A DNA stretch of 64,000 nt from Actinomycetes bacterium (GTDB lineage: Bacteria > Actinomycetota > Actinomycetes > Propionibacteriales > Propionibacteriaceae), in NCBI GenBank assembly GCA_023458095.1, contig JAEXAS010000004.1:55639-119638 (forward strand). Reading direction: 5' to 3'. Within the stretch, counting starts at the first letter, position 1. Each line of letters opens with the position of its first letter. The position numbers and the translations under genes were made by a program. The notes under the pieces are model-generated. The model saw nothing but the letters and a program-made list of their open reading frames with translations, searched no databases and had not been told where the DNA came from. This document shows, one piece after another, positions 1-11,444 of the stretch.

Positions 1-2
1 TC

Positions 3-455
3 AATCGCACCGACGACACCACTGCCACCGACGAGTTGTGCGTGAATCACCGCGCCGACAAGGCCAATAAGCGTGCTGCAGACCTGCTGATCTCGCTGCA
101 CGCCGACGGCAATCTGGGCAGCGGACACCGCGGTTTCCACATCATCGTCTCCACAGTGATGAAGGGAGGCGCTGCGGTGATGGCCCAGTCGAAGGCCTTG
201 GCCAAAGACCTTCGCTCCAGCCTGGAATCTGGCACCGACCTGCCCCGATCGAACTACATCGGGGGCGGAACGGCCTACAGTTTCCGCTCGGACATCGCCA
301 CCTTGAACTTCTCCGAACGCCCCGCAGTGATGATGGAAATGGGCAACATGATGAACGCCTCCGATGCTGCGGCGTTCAGCTCACCGCGAGAGCGCAAACG
401 TATAGCTGCGGCCCTTGCCGACGGAATCCAGGAGTTTCTGGATTCCGCCCGCTGA
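3..455 (+). CDS. N-acetylmuramoyl-L-alanine amidase (Amidase_3), 5'-truncated by the window edge
   Basis: Motifs LLISLHADG and PAVMMEMGNM; frame is open to the window start. Confidence 0.85.
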   Translation, partial: NRTDDTTATDELCVNHRADKANKRAADLLISLHADGNLGSGHRGFHIIVSTVMKGGAAVMAQSKALAKDLRSSLESGTDLPRSNYIGGGTAYSFRSDIATLNFSERPAVMMEMGNMMNASDAAAFSSPRERKRIAAALADGIQEFLDSAR

Positions 456-461
456 GGTCGA

Positions 462-2132
462 TCAGTCGCTCAACCCATCAATGGCCATGAACTTGGTACC
501 GCCGGTCAGCGAACCCATCGCCGCGACGAAGACGTCCTTGAGGTCGTTGCCATTGGCCGCGCAGTAGAAGTTGTCGCCGTCGGTGTTCTCGTTCTTGATC
601 TGGGTGGCGTTCGTGCACCCGTCAGCTTGGCTGGGAGCACCATCGCTCGTGGGCGAGGCGACGCTGGCCAGGACGTCATCGACGTACATCGACCCGGAGT
701 TCTGGTAGTAGCCGTTGTCGGAGTTCTTTCCGCAGGTGTAGTACGCGGCGTTGCCGAAGCCGATGGTGATGATCGTGGCGCCACGAGCCTTCGCCGCTGT
801 CGCCACCGTCTTCAGGTTGTTGCAGGCAGTCTCACCGTTGGTGCTCGCAGGGTCGAGATCGTTGTCCAAGGACAGGGCGCTGGAGTTAGAGTTGTACAGC
901 TCTTCAGGGCGACCATCGGTCTCAAAGATGATGACGTCCTTCGGCGTCCCCAGGTCGGCCCGTGCGCCGGAAGCGTCCAGATCAGCCTTGTTGTTCGTGG
1001 GGCTCAGCAGGTAACGAGCAGCACCCTTCATTGCCGCCGCCAGATGCGTGCCAATGCCGTAGGTGTTCCCATCGACGAAGGAAGTCTCGCTTGACAGCGC
1101 GAGGTTGTGAACACTCTTGTAGATGTCGGTGCTCTGATTCAGGGGGCGCGGCGTGGTCGCCGAACCGTCGTTGTAGTTGTTGGAGAAGTTCACCGGAACC
1201 CAAACGCCGTTGTAGCGATCATCTCGGTTGGAGACGGTCTTGGTCACCGGCACATCCACCCATTCGCAGTGCCAATTCCACAGATAGCCCGAACACACCC
1301 GCTGCTTCTCGGTGGTCGTGGTCGTGGTCGTGGTGTAGGTGTACAGCATGTCGGAGCTGGACGGCGGCGTCGCAATGTCTCCGGAGGTGCGTTGCGGAAT
1401 GCTCTTGTGGATCGCACCGAAGGCCACATACTGCTGCACCGGATCCATGTACTGCAGCATCGACTCGATACCTGACTTGAGCCCGGTGAAAGAGCCTGCT
1501 GGTGCGTACTTGTCGCCCATAGACGGGGTGCGGTCAGCCATGACCACCACGTTCATCGGGTTCGGCGGGGCCTCACCACCGCAGCTACCCAGGCAGGACA
1601 AGGTGGTCTGCGCACCGGTGTTGCCGGTCGGAACGTTGATCGCCGGCCCGAAGACGAAGTCCACGGTCTTGGCGTAGGTGATCGCCATCGTGTTGCACTT
1701 CTCGCCGAGGTCACAAGGAATCGCGCATGACGTTGCACTGCACTTGACCTGCGAGGCGTTGTAGGTACCGGGATCGCAGGTATCGGGGATCTGTGCAGTC
1801 TTCGGTGCGCCGGAGCCGTTGTTGGCCACAACGCAGTAGAAGGCGATGTTGGCCGGGTAGGTCAGGGCCGGAGCATCCGGGAAGTTCTTGGAGAAGTAGG
1901 AGATCGCCAGGGCCTTGGCCTTGTTGGTATCAGGAAGGGCAGAGGCACCAGCCTGAGCAGCCGCATCGATCGAGGCGCGAACCTCCTGGCGCTCATAGAG
2001 CAGCTTGGAGATGTCGAAGCCCATGGCGCCGGCACCCATCAGCATGAGCATGGCGAAAGCCACCACGACCGCCGTGGCACCCCGCTCGGTATTGCGAGCC
2101 CACTCCTTGATCCGCTGGATGCGCTTGCTCAT
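462..2132 (-). CDS. tadG: TadG-like pseudopilin/adhesin with vWA domain
   Basis: Prepilin-like ERG|ATAVVVAF plus hydrophobic helix, DAAAQAGA Tad motif, MIDAS-like DRTPS, IIFETDG, many Cys; ATG overlaps tadE stop (ATGA). Confidence 0.8.
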   Translation of the reverse strand: MSKRIQRIKEWARNTERGATAVVVAFAMLMLMGAGAMGFDISKLLYERQEVRASIDAAAQAGASALPDTNKAKALAISYFSKNFPDAPALTYPANIAFYCVVANNGSGAPKTAQIPDTCDPGTYNASQVKCSATSCAIPCDLGEKCNTMAITYAKTVDFVFGPAINVPTGNTGAQTTLSCLGSCGGEAPPNPMNVVVMADRTPSMGDKYAPAGSFTGLKSGIESMLQYMDPVQQYVAFGAIHKSIPQRTSGDIATPPSSSDMLYTYTTTTTTTTEKQRVCSGYLWNWHCEWVDVPVTKTVSNRDDRYNGVWVPVNFSNNYNDGSATTPRPLNQSTDIYKSVHNLALSSETSFVDGNTYGIGTHLAAAMKGAARYLLSPTNNKADLDASGARADLGTPKDVIIFETDGRPEELYNSNSSALSLDNDLDPASTNGETACNNLKTVATAAKARGATIITIGFGNAAYYTCGKNSDNGYYQNSGSMYVDDVLASVASPTSDGAPSQADGCTNATQIKNENTDGDNFYCAANGNDLKDVFVAAMGSLTGGTKFMAIDGLSD

Positions 2133-2593
2133 GAGGTCGCTTCGATTCGCATGTACGCCGACTTGGTGATGGTGGTGCTTCCCGGCAGTCCGAAGATCGC
2201 CGGCGAGACCCACTTGTAGACGTAGTTGACGCTGACCACGGCGGTTCCGCCGATTTCCTTGCTGGTGTCGTACGCCGAGGAGCAGTTCGCGCCGTCCGGC
2301 TTCTGGCAGGTAACCGTCACCGAGGGAACCGACGAAGAGCAGGTGCCGGTATCACTGAAGCCAATCAATGTGGTGGAAGCCTTCAGAGCAGCCTTGCAGG
2401 CTTTGTCCGCACTCCCACCCAGGCTGGCTGCCCGAGCTCCATCGCGGGCGGCGTTGCCCATGATCGCCTGAGCATTGGTCACCATGCCGAAGTCGATGAT
2501 GCCCAACAGGATCATCACCAACACGGGGAGCACCAAGGCGAACTCCACTGCGGCCGCACCACGCTCACGATCCCGCTTAAATAGCTTATGCAC
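2129..2593 (-). CDS. tadE: TadE-like minor pilin
   Basis: RERG|AAAVEFALVLP, AARDGARAAS; GTG start preceded by GAGGGGG. Confidence 0.88.
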   Translation of the reverse strand: MHKLFKRDRERGAAAVEFALVLPVLVMILLGIIDFGMVTNAQAIMGNAARDGARAASLGGSADKACKAALKASTTLIGFSDTGTCSSSVPSVTVTCQKPDGANCSSAYDTSKEIGGTAVVSVNYVYKWVSPAIFGLPGSTTITKSAYMRIEATS

Positions 2594-2826
2594 TTGTCCC
2601 CCCTCAGAACATCGACCATCGATGCTGGTCCTAAATGCATTTTGAGTGTAGGAGGCAAAACCAAGCCATGTCAATGTGGATGCATCGCGTTTAGGTGCAT
2701 TGAATTCTCAAAGGTTGAAGGCTGCCATGCACCCCCACCCAGCACCATCCCCCCTAGTCATAGCAGCATCGCAGGGGCCCAGCTCCCCCACGGGGGACCT
2801 GGACAAAGTGATCAGCACAGCCTTTT

Positions 2827-3172
2827 GTCACCCCTTTGGGCGACATTCTCAATGGTAATTCACCTTGCCTCCACCCCGAGAGGTTCGGCACCACACACAA
2901 TGCACGAAGGATTTGTCACCCAAAAGGGGACTCGCCATAGTCACCCCTACGGATGACCCCATTCCGCGACCTGGACCCCTGCCCAAACCACCTCGATCAG
3001 CCCCATCGGAGACCGCCAACCAGGCCCTACCGGAGGCCACCGGCCAGGCCCCACCTCCGTCCCTGAGCGCTGGCCGCAGCGCCGCCCGCCGCAACCCTCA
3101 ACCCCAACTGGAAACAAAAGGTCCCCTAAAGGGTGACAAATAGTCCGAGTTTTGAGTCACCCATTTGGGGAC
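2827..3172. promoter_or_regulatory. Five GTCACCC-Nx-GG(G/T)GAC-type palindromic sites in the divergent tadE/flp intergenic region
   Basis: Copies at 2827-2844, 2915-2931, 2940-2957, 3121-3137 and 3156-3172. Confidence 0.65.
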
Positions 3173-3187
3173 ATTTTCGAAAATCTT

Positions 3188-3217
3188 TTGACAATCCCAG
3201 ATTCTGCGGTGTAAACC
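3188..3217 (+). promoter_or_regulatory. Putative sigma-A promoter for flp
   Basis: TTGACA (3188-3193), 18 nt spacer, TAAACC (3212-3217). Confidence 0.45.
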
Positions 3218-3293
3218 TTCAAGTGGCCGCTCACGCCGATGATGGCACGGCTTGAGCACCGCGGAAATCTATCCCACACCGAAAGGCAGTCCA

Positions 3294-3470
3294 ATGAAGA
3301 ACCTTCCCGCCAAGATCGTCGGCAACGTTGTCAACACCCGTGAGCGCGGCGCCACCGCCGTTGAGTACGGCATCATGGTCGCCCTGATCGCCGCAGTGAT
3401 CATCACCGTTGTCACCTTGCTGGGCAGCAACCTGAGCAGCATGTTCGCTGGGGTCGCAGGCAAGATCTGA
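3294..3470 (+). CDS. flp: Flp family type IVb major pilin
   Basis: RERG|ATAVEYGIMVALIA Flp motif (E+5, Y+6); SD GAAAGG. Confidence 0.93.
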   Translation: MKNLPAKIVGNVVNTRERGATAVEYGIMVALIAAVIITVVTLLGSNLSSMFAGVAGKI

Positions 3471-3480
3471 TCGCTATGAG

Positions 3481-3516
3481 GTAAGGCACTCCGAGTCCCC
3501 GCCCGGAGTGCCTTAC
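3481..3516 (+). terminator. Stem-loop after flp (terminator or stabiliser)
   Basis: 13-bp perfect stem GTAAGGCACTCCG / CGGAGTGCCTTAC. Confidence 0.65.
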
Positions 3517-3552
3517 TCCATATCCAAATGAACCCCATTTCCTACTGCACGT

Positions 3553-3652
3553 CCGACATTTATATGTCGGTCCCCCTTTAAGGTGACAGGCCCCCCTGAA
3601 GCCCCCCAATCCGTCAACCGATTCGCTCCTCGGAGTCACCCGAAAGGATGAC
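3553..3652. promoter_or_regulatory. Operator-like palindromes upstream of cpaB
   Basis: CCGACAT-TTAT-ATGTCGG (3553-3570) plus two more GTCACC-type sites (3570-3587, 3635-3652). Confidence 0.55.
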
Positions 3653-3780
3653 AATCCGAGGCTGGCGGCGAAAGGTTGACCTGATTCCGGCCCCCAAAGC
3701 TTCGCTTCACTGGCGGTGTAGCGATCCTGGTGCAGCCTTCGGGCGCACCTCACCCACTTGAGAACAGGCGGTTTCCCACA

Positions 3781-4422
3781 ATGCAACGTCGTCTCATCGC
3801 AGCGTTCCTCGCAGTCGTGCTTGCAGGAATCGGCGCGATCTTGCTGTTCAACTACGTCAGCAATGCCGATACCCGAGCCATGCAGAACCAAGATCCCACT
3901 GACGTCCTCGTCGTTACCACGACGGTGCCACCGGGCACCCTGGGCAGTGCCCTGGGCCCCTTTGTCACGACCAAGCAGATCCCGAAGGTTGCCTTGGAGC
4001 CAGGTGCACTGACCTCCTTGGACGACGTTCAGCACCTGGCCACCATTGTCCAGTTGCAGCCCGGCCAGCAGCTCAGCAGCAACTGGTTCGGCGAGCCCGG
4101 CACGGCCGCGAACGGGGACATTGCGATTCCCGAAACCATGGAGGTCGTGTCGCTGCAACTGGAGGCCCAGCGCACAGTCGGCACTCGCTTGACCGCCGGC
4201 TCCAGGATCAGCGCCTACTCCACCTTGGAAGGCACGACCCGACGCATCTTCTCCGAGGTGCTGGTGGTCTCCTCCACCGAGGGCTTGGTCACCATTGCAG
4301 CTCGTCCGGTCGACGTGCAGAACCTGGTGTTGTCTCTCGAATCCGGCAAGGTCTGGCTCGCTGAGTCCAGCAAGATCGCGAGCAAGGTCAATCCGGTCAG
4401 CGTCAAGCAACTGGCCGGGTGA
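3781..4422 (+). CDS. cpaB: Flp pilus assembly protein CpaB/RcpC
   Basis: N-terminal TM helix, SAF-like VLVVTTTVPPGT segment, position after flp. Confidence 0.82.
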   Translation: MQRRLIAAFLAVVLAGIGAILLFNYVSNADTRAMQNQDPTDVLVVTTTVPPGTLGSALGPFVTTKQIPKVALEPGALTSLDDVQHLATIVQLQPGQQLSSNWFGEPGTAANGDIAIPETMEVVSLQLEAQRTVGTRLTAGSRISAYSTLEGTTRRIFSEVLVVSSTEGLVTIAARPVDVQNLVLSLESGKVWLAESSKIASKVNPVSVKQLAG

Positions 4423-4428
4423 TCAGCC

Positions 4429-5618
4429 ATGGGAACCGCACTCGTCGTCAGTCGTAACCCACGAGTCATCCAACTCGTACAGCAATCATGGGGACCGGAC
4501 ATTCAGCCGGTCACTCCCGACAACTTCCCCCCGAACGTCCAGGCCCTGCTGGCTGAGATGGGCGATGCGCCCATGCCCGCCGTGGTGGTCCTGGATCCCG
4601 CAGACCGTTTGCAGGACGCCCTCTATGTGGCAGCCGACCTGGACCAGAGCTTTGGCATCCCGGTCGTCCTGGTGAGCGACCGTGCCGCCGAAATCGGCCT
4701 GGCCGCGATGCGTTCTGGTGTGCGGGACATCGTTCACCCCATGGCACCGTTGGAGGAGATGAAACAGGCGTTGGATAGGGCCGCCAGCCATACCGCGTCT
4801 GAAAGCGCCCAGCCCGGATCGCCGGGCGCTGCTTCCCAACGGGGGAAGGTGGTCACGGTGGCCTCGCCGAAAGGCGGTGTGGGAAAGACCACCGTGTCCA
4901 CCAACCTGGCAGTCGGTTTGGCTATGCGCGAACCGAACTCCACGGTTCTGGTGGACCTGGACATTCACTTCGGCGATGTCGGCAGCGCGCTGAACATCTC
5001 TCCGGAGTTCACCCTTCCCGACATGGTCCACGGGCCCAGCGCCTTGGACTCGGTGGCCCTGAAGTCCTACCTGACTCAACACCAGACCGGATTGTTCGTC
5101 GTGCCCGGCTCCGATTCGCCGGCGGCCGCGGACGCCGTCAGCCCCAAGGAGATCGGCAATCTGCTGAACACCTTGGCCAGCCAGTTCAAGTACGTGGTGG
5201 TGGACACCGCCCCCGGCCTGAGCGAGCACACCCTGACCGTCCTGGATCAGACCGACATTCTGGTGCTGGTGACCAGCCTTGATGTGCCCGGCGTGCGCGG
5301 GCTACACAAGGAACTCGACACCCTGCGTGACATCAGCATCGTGCTGGACTCCCGCTACGTCGTCATCAACTTCATGCACCCCAGCCGGGGTCTGTCGGTG
5401 GGCGATGTGGAGGCGAGCATCGGACGCAAGGTGGACTTCCAGGTGCCCCAGTCCAATGCGGTGCCGATCTCCACCAATCAGGGCGTTCCGCTGCTCCAAG
5501 CCGGCAGCAAGGACGTCGTCGCCAAGCAGTTGCGGGCCCTGGTCGAGACCGTCGTCGAAGGCGACAAGGCAGCCAAGGGTCGGCGTTTCCTCGACTTCGC
5601 GAAGAAGGGGGATAAGAA

Positions 5619-5622
<4 letters not shown>
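4429..5622 (+). CDS. cpaE: CpaE/TadZ (receiver-like domain plus MinD/ParA ATPase)
   Basis: Deviant Walker A SPKGGVGKTT, VLVDLDIHFGD, VVVDTAP. Confidence 0.88.
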
Positions 5623-7162
<1,540 letters not shown>

Positions 7163-7166
<4 letters not shown>

Positions 7167-8089
7167 GCCCTCAACTAATCCTTGCCTGGGCCTTCATCGG
7201 CGTCGGCAGCGTCATCGTCTTCGTGCTGATGCTGCTGCCTACCCACAAGGTCGCGCTGGAGCGGCGCCGCTTCGGTGCGGCAGAAGGCACCAGCAACCTC
7301 ACCCGGATCGCCGATCGGGCAACCGCAGCCGTGGAACGCCTGCTGGCTGGGCGTGGCAACTCCTTCAACTCCATCTTGGAAGAAGCCGGAGTTCACACGC
7401 CGCTGAAGGACCTGGTCGTGATCGTGTTCGCGATCTGCATGGCGTTCTTTGCTCTCGGCTTGGTGCTGGGCAACCCGTTGCTGGGTTTCCTGTTGGCCGT
7501 GGCGACGCCGATTGTCGCGCGACTCCTGCTGTCCTTCATGGCCGGACGGCGCCGCAGCAAGTTCGAGTCCCAACTCGATGAAACCCTGCAGATGATGGCC
7601 GGCAGCCTGCGCGCCGGGTACAGCCTGCCGCAGGCCTTGGCCACCATCGGCCAGGAAGGCGCGCCGCCGACCTCCTTGGAGTTTGCTCGCGTCACCAACG
7701 AGGTCCGGGTGGGACGTCCCTTGCCGGATGCTCTGGATGATGTCGCTGAGCGGATGCGCAACGAGGACTTCTACTGGGTCACTCAGGCCATCGGTATCAA
7801 CCGCGAAGTGGGCGGCAACCTTGCCGACGTGCTCGATGGGGTCAGCAAGACGATCCGGCAGCGGGCGGAGATCCGCGGTCAGGTGAAGTCGCTGGCTGCA
7901 GACGGCCAACTGTCGGCCATCATCTTGATGGCGCTGCCGTTCGTGGTGGCGATCTTCTTGATGATCGCCAGTCCCAAGTACATCGGCCAGATGATCAGTC
8001 CGCTGGGCTTCATCATGCTCGCCGTCGGCGCGGTCATGATGATCATCGGTGGCATCTGGCTGTACAAGATCATCAACTTGAAGTTCTAG
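7163..8089 (+). CDS. tadB: TadB platform protein (T2SS F family)
   Basis: SLRAGYSLPQA, REVGGNLADVLD; TM helices. Confidence 0.9.
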
Positions 8090-8099
8090 GAGGAGCGCC

Positions 8100-8996
8100 A
8101 TGAATCCCATATTCGCACTCGGTCTGCTCCTCGCTGCCGCAGGCATGGGCCTGCTGTGGTGGCTGGTCTTGGGCGGTGCCACCAGTGGGCGCCGTCAGGT
8201 CCTGGCCAACCTGAATCGCGACATCCAGGCCACCGACACCGCCGCTCAAGGTGAACAGGCTCAGTCCGAACTGGCCGAGGCGCTGCGCCGCCGCACCCCG
8301 CCGGGGCTGGTCAAGAACCTGAATAAGCTGTGGGCCGCCGCCGGTCGCCCGGACGCCTGGCCCGTGGACCGGGTGCTCTCGACCAAGTTCCTGCTCGGCG
8401 TCGCCGGCATCGTTCTGGCGATGCTGCTGATCATCAACGGCCGCGACGTCAAGAGCATTCTCTTTGGGGCGATCATCGTGGCTGCCCTGTTCTTCCTGCC
8501 CGATCTGCTGCTCTACAACACCGGAATGAAGCGCAAAGAGGCCATCGCGTTCCAGCTCCCCGACACCCTCGACCAGATGAGCATCGCGGTCAACGCCGGT
8601 CTGGGCTTCGACGCCGCAATGAGCCGTGTCGCCCGCAACGGACGTGGCGAGCTCTCCGCAGAACTGGTGCGCACACTGCAAGACATTCAGGTCGGCATGC
8701 CCCGCCGAGATGCCTATGACGACCTCGCCGAGCGCACCAAGGTTCCCAAGCTGGAACGGTTCGTTCGCGCCGTGATTCAGGGCGAGGCCTACGGCATCGC
8801 ACTCTCGGACGTCCTGCAGGCTCAGGCCGAGGAACTTCGCATGGAACGCAAACAGGACGCCGAACGACGCGCCATGCAGATCCCGGTGAAGGTGATCTTC
8901 CCGCTGCTGCTGTTTATCATGCCGGCTATGTTCATCGTCGTGATCGGCCCCGGCGTGCTTCAGATCATCAAGGCGTTCGGCGGCGGCGGGTTCTGA
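8100..8996 (+). CDS. tadC: TadC platform protein (T2SS F family)
   Basis: LPDTLDQMSIAVNAGLGFD, KVIFPLLLFIMP. Confidence 0.9.
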   Translation: MNPIFALGLLLAAAGMGLLWWLVLGGATSGRRQVLANLNRDIQATDTAAQGEQAQSELAEALRRRTPPGLVKNLNKLWAAAGRPDAWPVDRVLSTKFLLGVAGIVLAMLLIINGRDVKSILFGAIIVAALFFLPDLLLYNTGMKRKEAIAFQLPDTLDQMSIAVNAGLGFDAAMSRVARNGRGELSAELVRTLQDIQVGMPRRDAYDDLAERTKVPKLERFVRAVIQGEAYGIALSDVLQAQAEELRMERKQDAERRAMQIPVKVIFPLLLFIMPAMFIVVIGPGVLQIIKAFGGGGF

Positions 8997-9001
8997 GCGC
9001 C

Positions 9002-9646
9002 GTGAACCTGGTCGCAATCACGGTCTTCGCCGTGGTCGCCGGAGTTGCTGCGGCGGCACTCAACCCGTTCATGCGGGCGCAGTTCGAGAACCAGAATCGG
9101 CTCTCGCGCAGTTGGCTGCAGGTTCCGATCGCTGTGGTCCTGGGCGGGTTGGCCGGCTGTGCTGATTCGTTGCCGCAACAGGTGACCTTCGTGGTGCTGG
9201 CCGTGGCGTCCGCGCTGCTCATCGTGATCGACCTCAGCGAGTGGCGGCTGCCCGATGTGATCGTGTTACCGCTCTATGCAGTGCTCGGGCTGGGACTCAC
9301 CGTCGCGGCGTGGATCGATCAGAGCTGGTCAGCCCTGCTGTCGGCCGGCATCGGTGCGGTGGTCATGTTCGTGCTGTTCTTCGTGATGGCCGCCTTCGCC
9401 CGCGACCTGGGCTTCGGTGACGTGAAACTGGCCGGTGTCGTGGGCGGTTTCCTGGGTTGGTTCGGCCTGGCCGAGTCCGTGGCCGGATTCTTCTTCGCTT
9501 GGGCACTGATGGCGCTGGTCTCGGTGGTGCTGTTGATCCTGCGTCGGATCAACACCAAGGCATCGCTACCCTTCGGTCCCTACCTGATCGTTGGCGCGGT
9601 GATCGGGGTCCTGGTCGGCCCCACCATGTTGCCCACCTTGGCCTGA
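9002..9646 (+). CDS. Prepilin peptidase (A24, TadV/CpaA-like)
   Basis: Catalytic Asp motifs IDLSEWRLPD and GFGDVKL; LPFGPY. Confidence 0.9.
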   Translation: MNLVAITVFAVVAGVAAAALNPFMRAQFENQNRLSRSWLQVPIAVVLGGLAGCADSLPQQVTFVVLAVASALLIVIDLSEWRLPDVIVLPLYAVLGLGLTVAAWIDQSWSALLSAGIGAVVMFVLFFVMAAFARDLGFGDVKLAGVVGGFLGWFGLAESVAGFFFAWALMALVSVVLLILRRINTKASLPFGPYLIVGAVIGVLVGPTMLPTLA

Positions 9647-9652
9647 CCCCGC

Positions 9653-10111
9653 TCACACCCTCGCTTCCGGAGCGGTTCGCCGCACGACCACCACATCACA
9701 GTGCGCATGTTCGACGACCTCCCCGGACACCGACCCCAGCAGCAGGCCTGCGAAACCACCCCGTCCGCGACTGCCCACGACCACGAGGCGGGCAGCTTCG
9801 GAGGCCTTGACCAGTTCCCGCCCGGCGGCGCCGTGTGGAACCTCCAAGGTCACCGTCACCTGCGGGTATTCGGCGAGGATCGGGGCCACCTGCGTGCGCA
9901 ATTGCTCCAGGACCTCGGCGGCGAAATCCTCCACCGGCGGGACGTATCCGGGCTCCCAGGTGCGCGGACGCGGTGCCGTGCTGACGGTCCAGGCTCGAAC
10001 CACCTGAAGCGGAGCATGGAGTTGATCGGCCAACCACAGCCCGCGACGCAGGGCATGCTTGGCGAACTCGGAGTCGTCGTAGCCGACGACGATGGCGCCG
10101 TTGTCGTCCAT
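9653..10111 (-). CDS. Universal stress protein
   Basis: IVVGYDDS and VVVGSRGRGGFAGLLLGSVS. Confidence 0.92.
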   Translation of the reverse strand: MDDNGAIVVGYDDSEFAKHALRRGLWLADQLHAPLQVVRAWTVSTAPRPRTWEPGYVPPVEDFAAEVLEQLRTQVAPILAEYPQVTVTLEVPHGAAGRELVKASEAARLVVVGSRGRGGFAGLLLGSVSGEVVEHAHCDVVVVRRTAPEARV

Positions 10112-10193
10112 GACCTGATGCTAGCCGCCGTACTGGTAGATGCACAGCGCCCGCAGATGCGGGAGGCTAGCATCAGAATCGGAGGTACCCGGC

Positions 10194-11429
10194 ATGACCG
10201 ACCCGCGCCTGAGCACCGCTCAGCAGCAATCCATCGCCCGTATCGAAACCTACGGTGCCCACAACTATCACCCGCTTCCGGTGTCGATCAGCAGCGGGTC
10301 GGGAGCCTGGCTCACCGATGTGGACGGCAACCGCTATCTGGACTTCCTCTCCGCCTACTCGGCAGTGAACTTCGGCCATTCCCATCCGGCGCTGGTCCGC
10401 GCGGCCACCGAGCAACTGAGCCGGCTGGCGATCACCTCCCGTGCGGTCTATGCCGACAATCTGGGCCCCTTCCTGGAAGCACTGAGCGGCCTGTGCGGCA
10501 AGGACATGGCGCTGCCGATGAACACCGGAGTCGAGGCGGTGGAGTCAGCCCTGAAGATCGCCCGCAAGTGGGGCTACCAGGTCAAGGGCGTTCCGGAGGG
10601 TCAAGCCTCCATCATCGTGATGGACCAGAACTTCCATGGACGCACCATCAGTGTCGTCTCGTTCAGTAGCGACTCGGTGGCCACGAAGGACTTCGGGCCG
10701 TTCACCCCGGGTTTCGTCGCCGTCCCCTTCGGCGATCTGGACGCCATGGCCGCAGCCATCGACGACACCACCGTGGCGATCCTGGTCGAGCCGATCCAAG
10801 GCGAGGCCGGCGTCGTCCCGGCACCACCGGGCTATCTGGCCGGAGTACGCGAGCTGGCGACGCGACACCGGGTGCTCATGATCGCCGACGAGATCCAGTC
10901 CGGGCTGGGACGCACCGGCACCACCTTCTACTGCGAGCAGGTCGGCGTGGTCCCTGACCTGTATCTCTTGGGCAAGGCCCTCGGCGGTGCGATCCTGCCG
11001 ATCTCAGCCGTCGTGGGAGACGCCGAGGTCATGGGAGTGCTGCGCCCGGGCGAACACGGATCGACGTTCGGTGGAAACCCGCTCGCGGCCGCGGTGGGCC
11101 TGGCAGTCGTGGAGTTGCTGCAGACCGGCGATATGCAGGCCCGTTCTCGTGAACTGGGCGCCCACCTGCATGCTCGCCTGCAGGAACTGCTCGGCCATGG
11201 GCTAGTCCAGGTGCGCGGTGTAGGACTGTGGGCCGGGATCGACATCGACCCCGCGCTGGGCACCGGCCGCGACATCGGCGAACGACTCCTGACCAAGGGC
11301 GTCATCGCCAAGGACACCCACGGTCAGACGCTGCGCCTGGCTCCGCCGTTGGTGATCACCCGCGAGGAACTCGACCTCGCCATGGCGGCACTCACCGAGG
11401 CCCTGGCCGAGGCGGATGCAGCTCACTGA
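10194..11429 (+). CDS. rocD: Ornithine--oxo-acid aminotransferase
   Basis: AHNYHPLPV, EPIQGEAG, DEIQSGLGRTG, GKALGG (PLP Lys), HGSTFGGNP. Confidence 0.92.
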   Translation: MTDPRLSTAQQQSIARIETYGAHNYHPLPVSISSGSGAWLTDVDGNRYLDFLSAYSAVNFGHSHPALVRAATEQLSRLAITSRAVYADNLGPFLEALSGLCGKDMALPMNTGVEAVESALKIARKWGYQVKGVPEGQASIIVMDQNFHGRTISVVSFSSDSVATKDFGPFTPGFVAVPFGDLDAMAAAIDDTTVAILVEPIQGEAGVVPAPPGYLAGVRELATRHRVLMIADEIQSGLGRTGTTFYCEQVGVVPDLYLLGKALGGAILPISAVVGDAEVMGVLRPGEHGSTFGGNPLAAAVGLAVVELLQTGDMQARSRELGAHLHARLQELLGHGLVQVRGVGLWAGIDIDPALGTGRDIGERLLTKGVIAKDTHGQTLRLAPPLVITREELDLAMAALTEALAEADAAH

Positions 11430-11444
11430 CCCAACCTGGCAGCA

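Noticed and set aside
3218..3293. c-di-GMP or other riboswitch in the flp leader
   Set aside because: A modest hairpin is possible, but I recognise no riboswitch consensus
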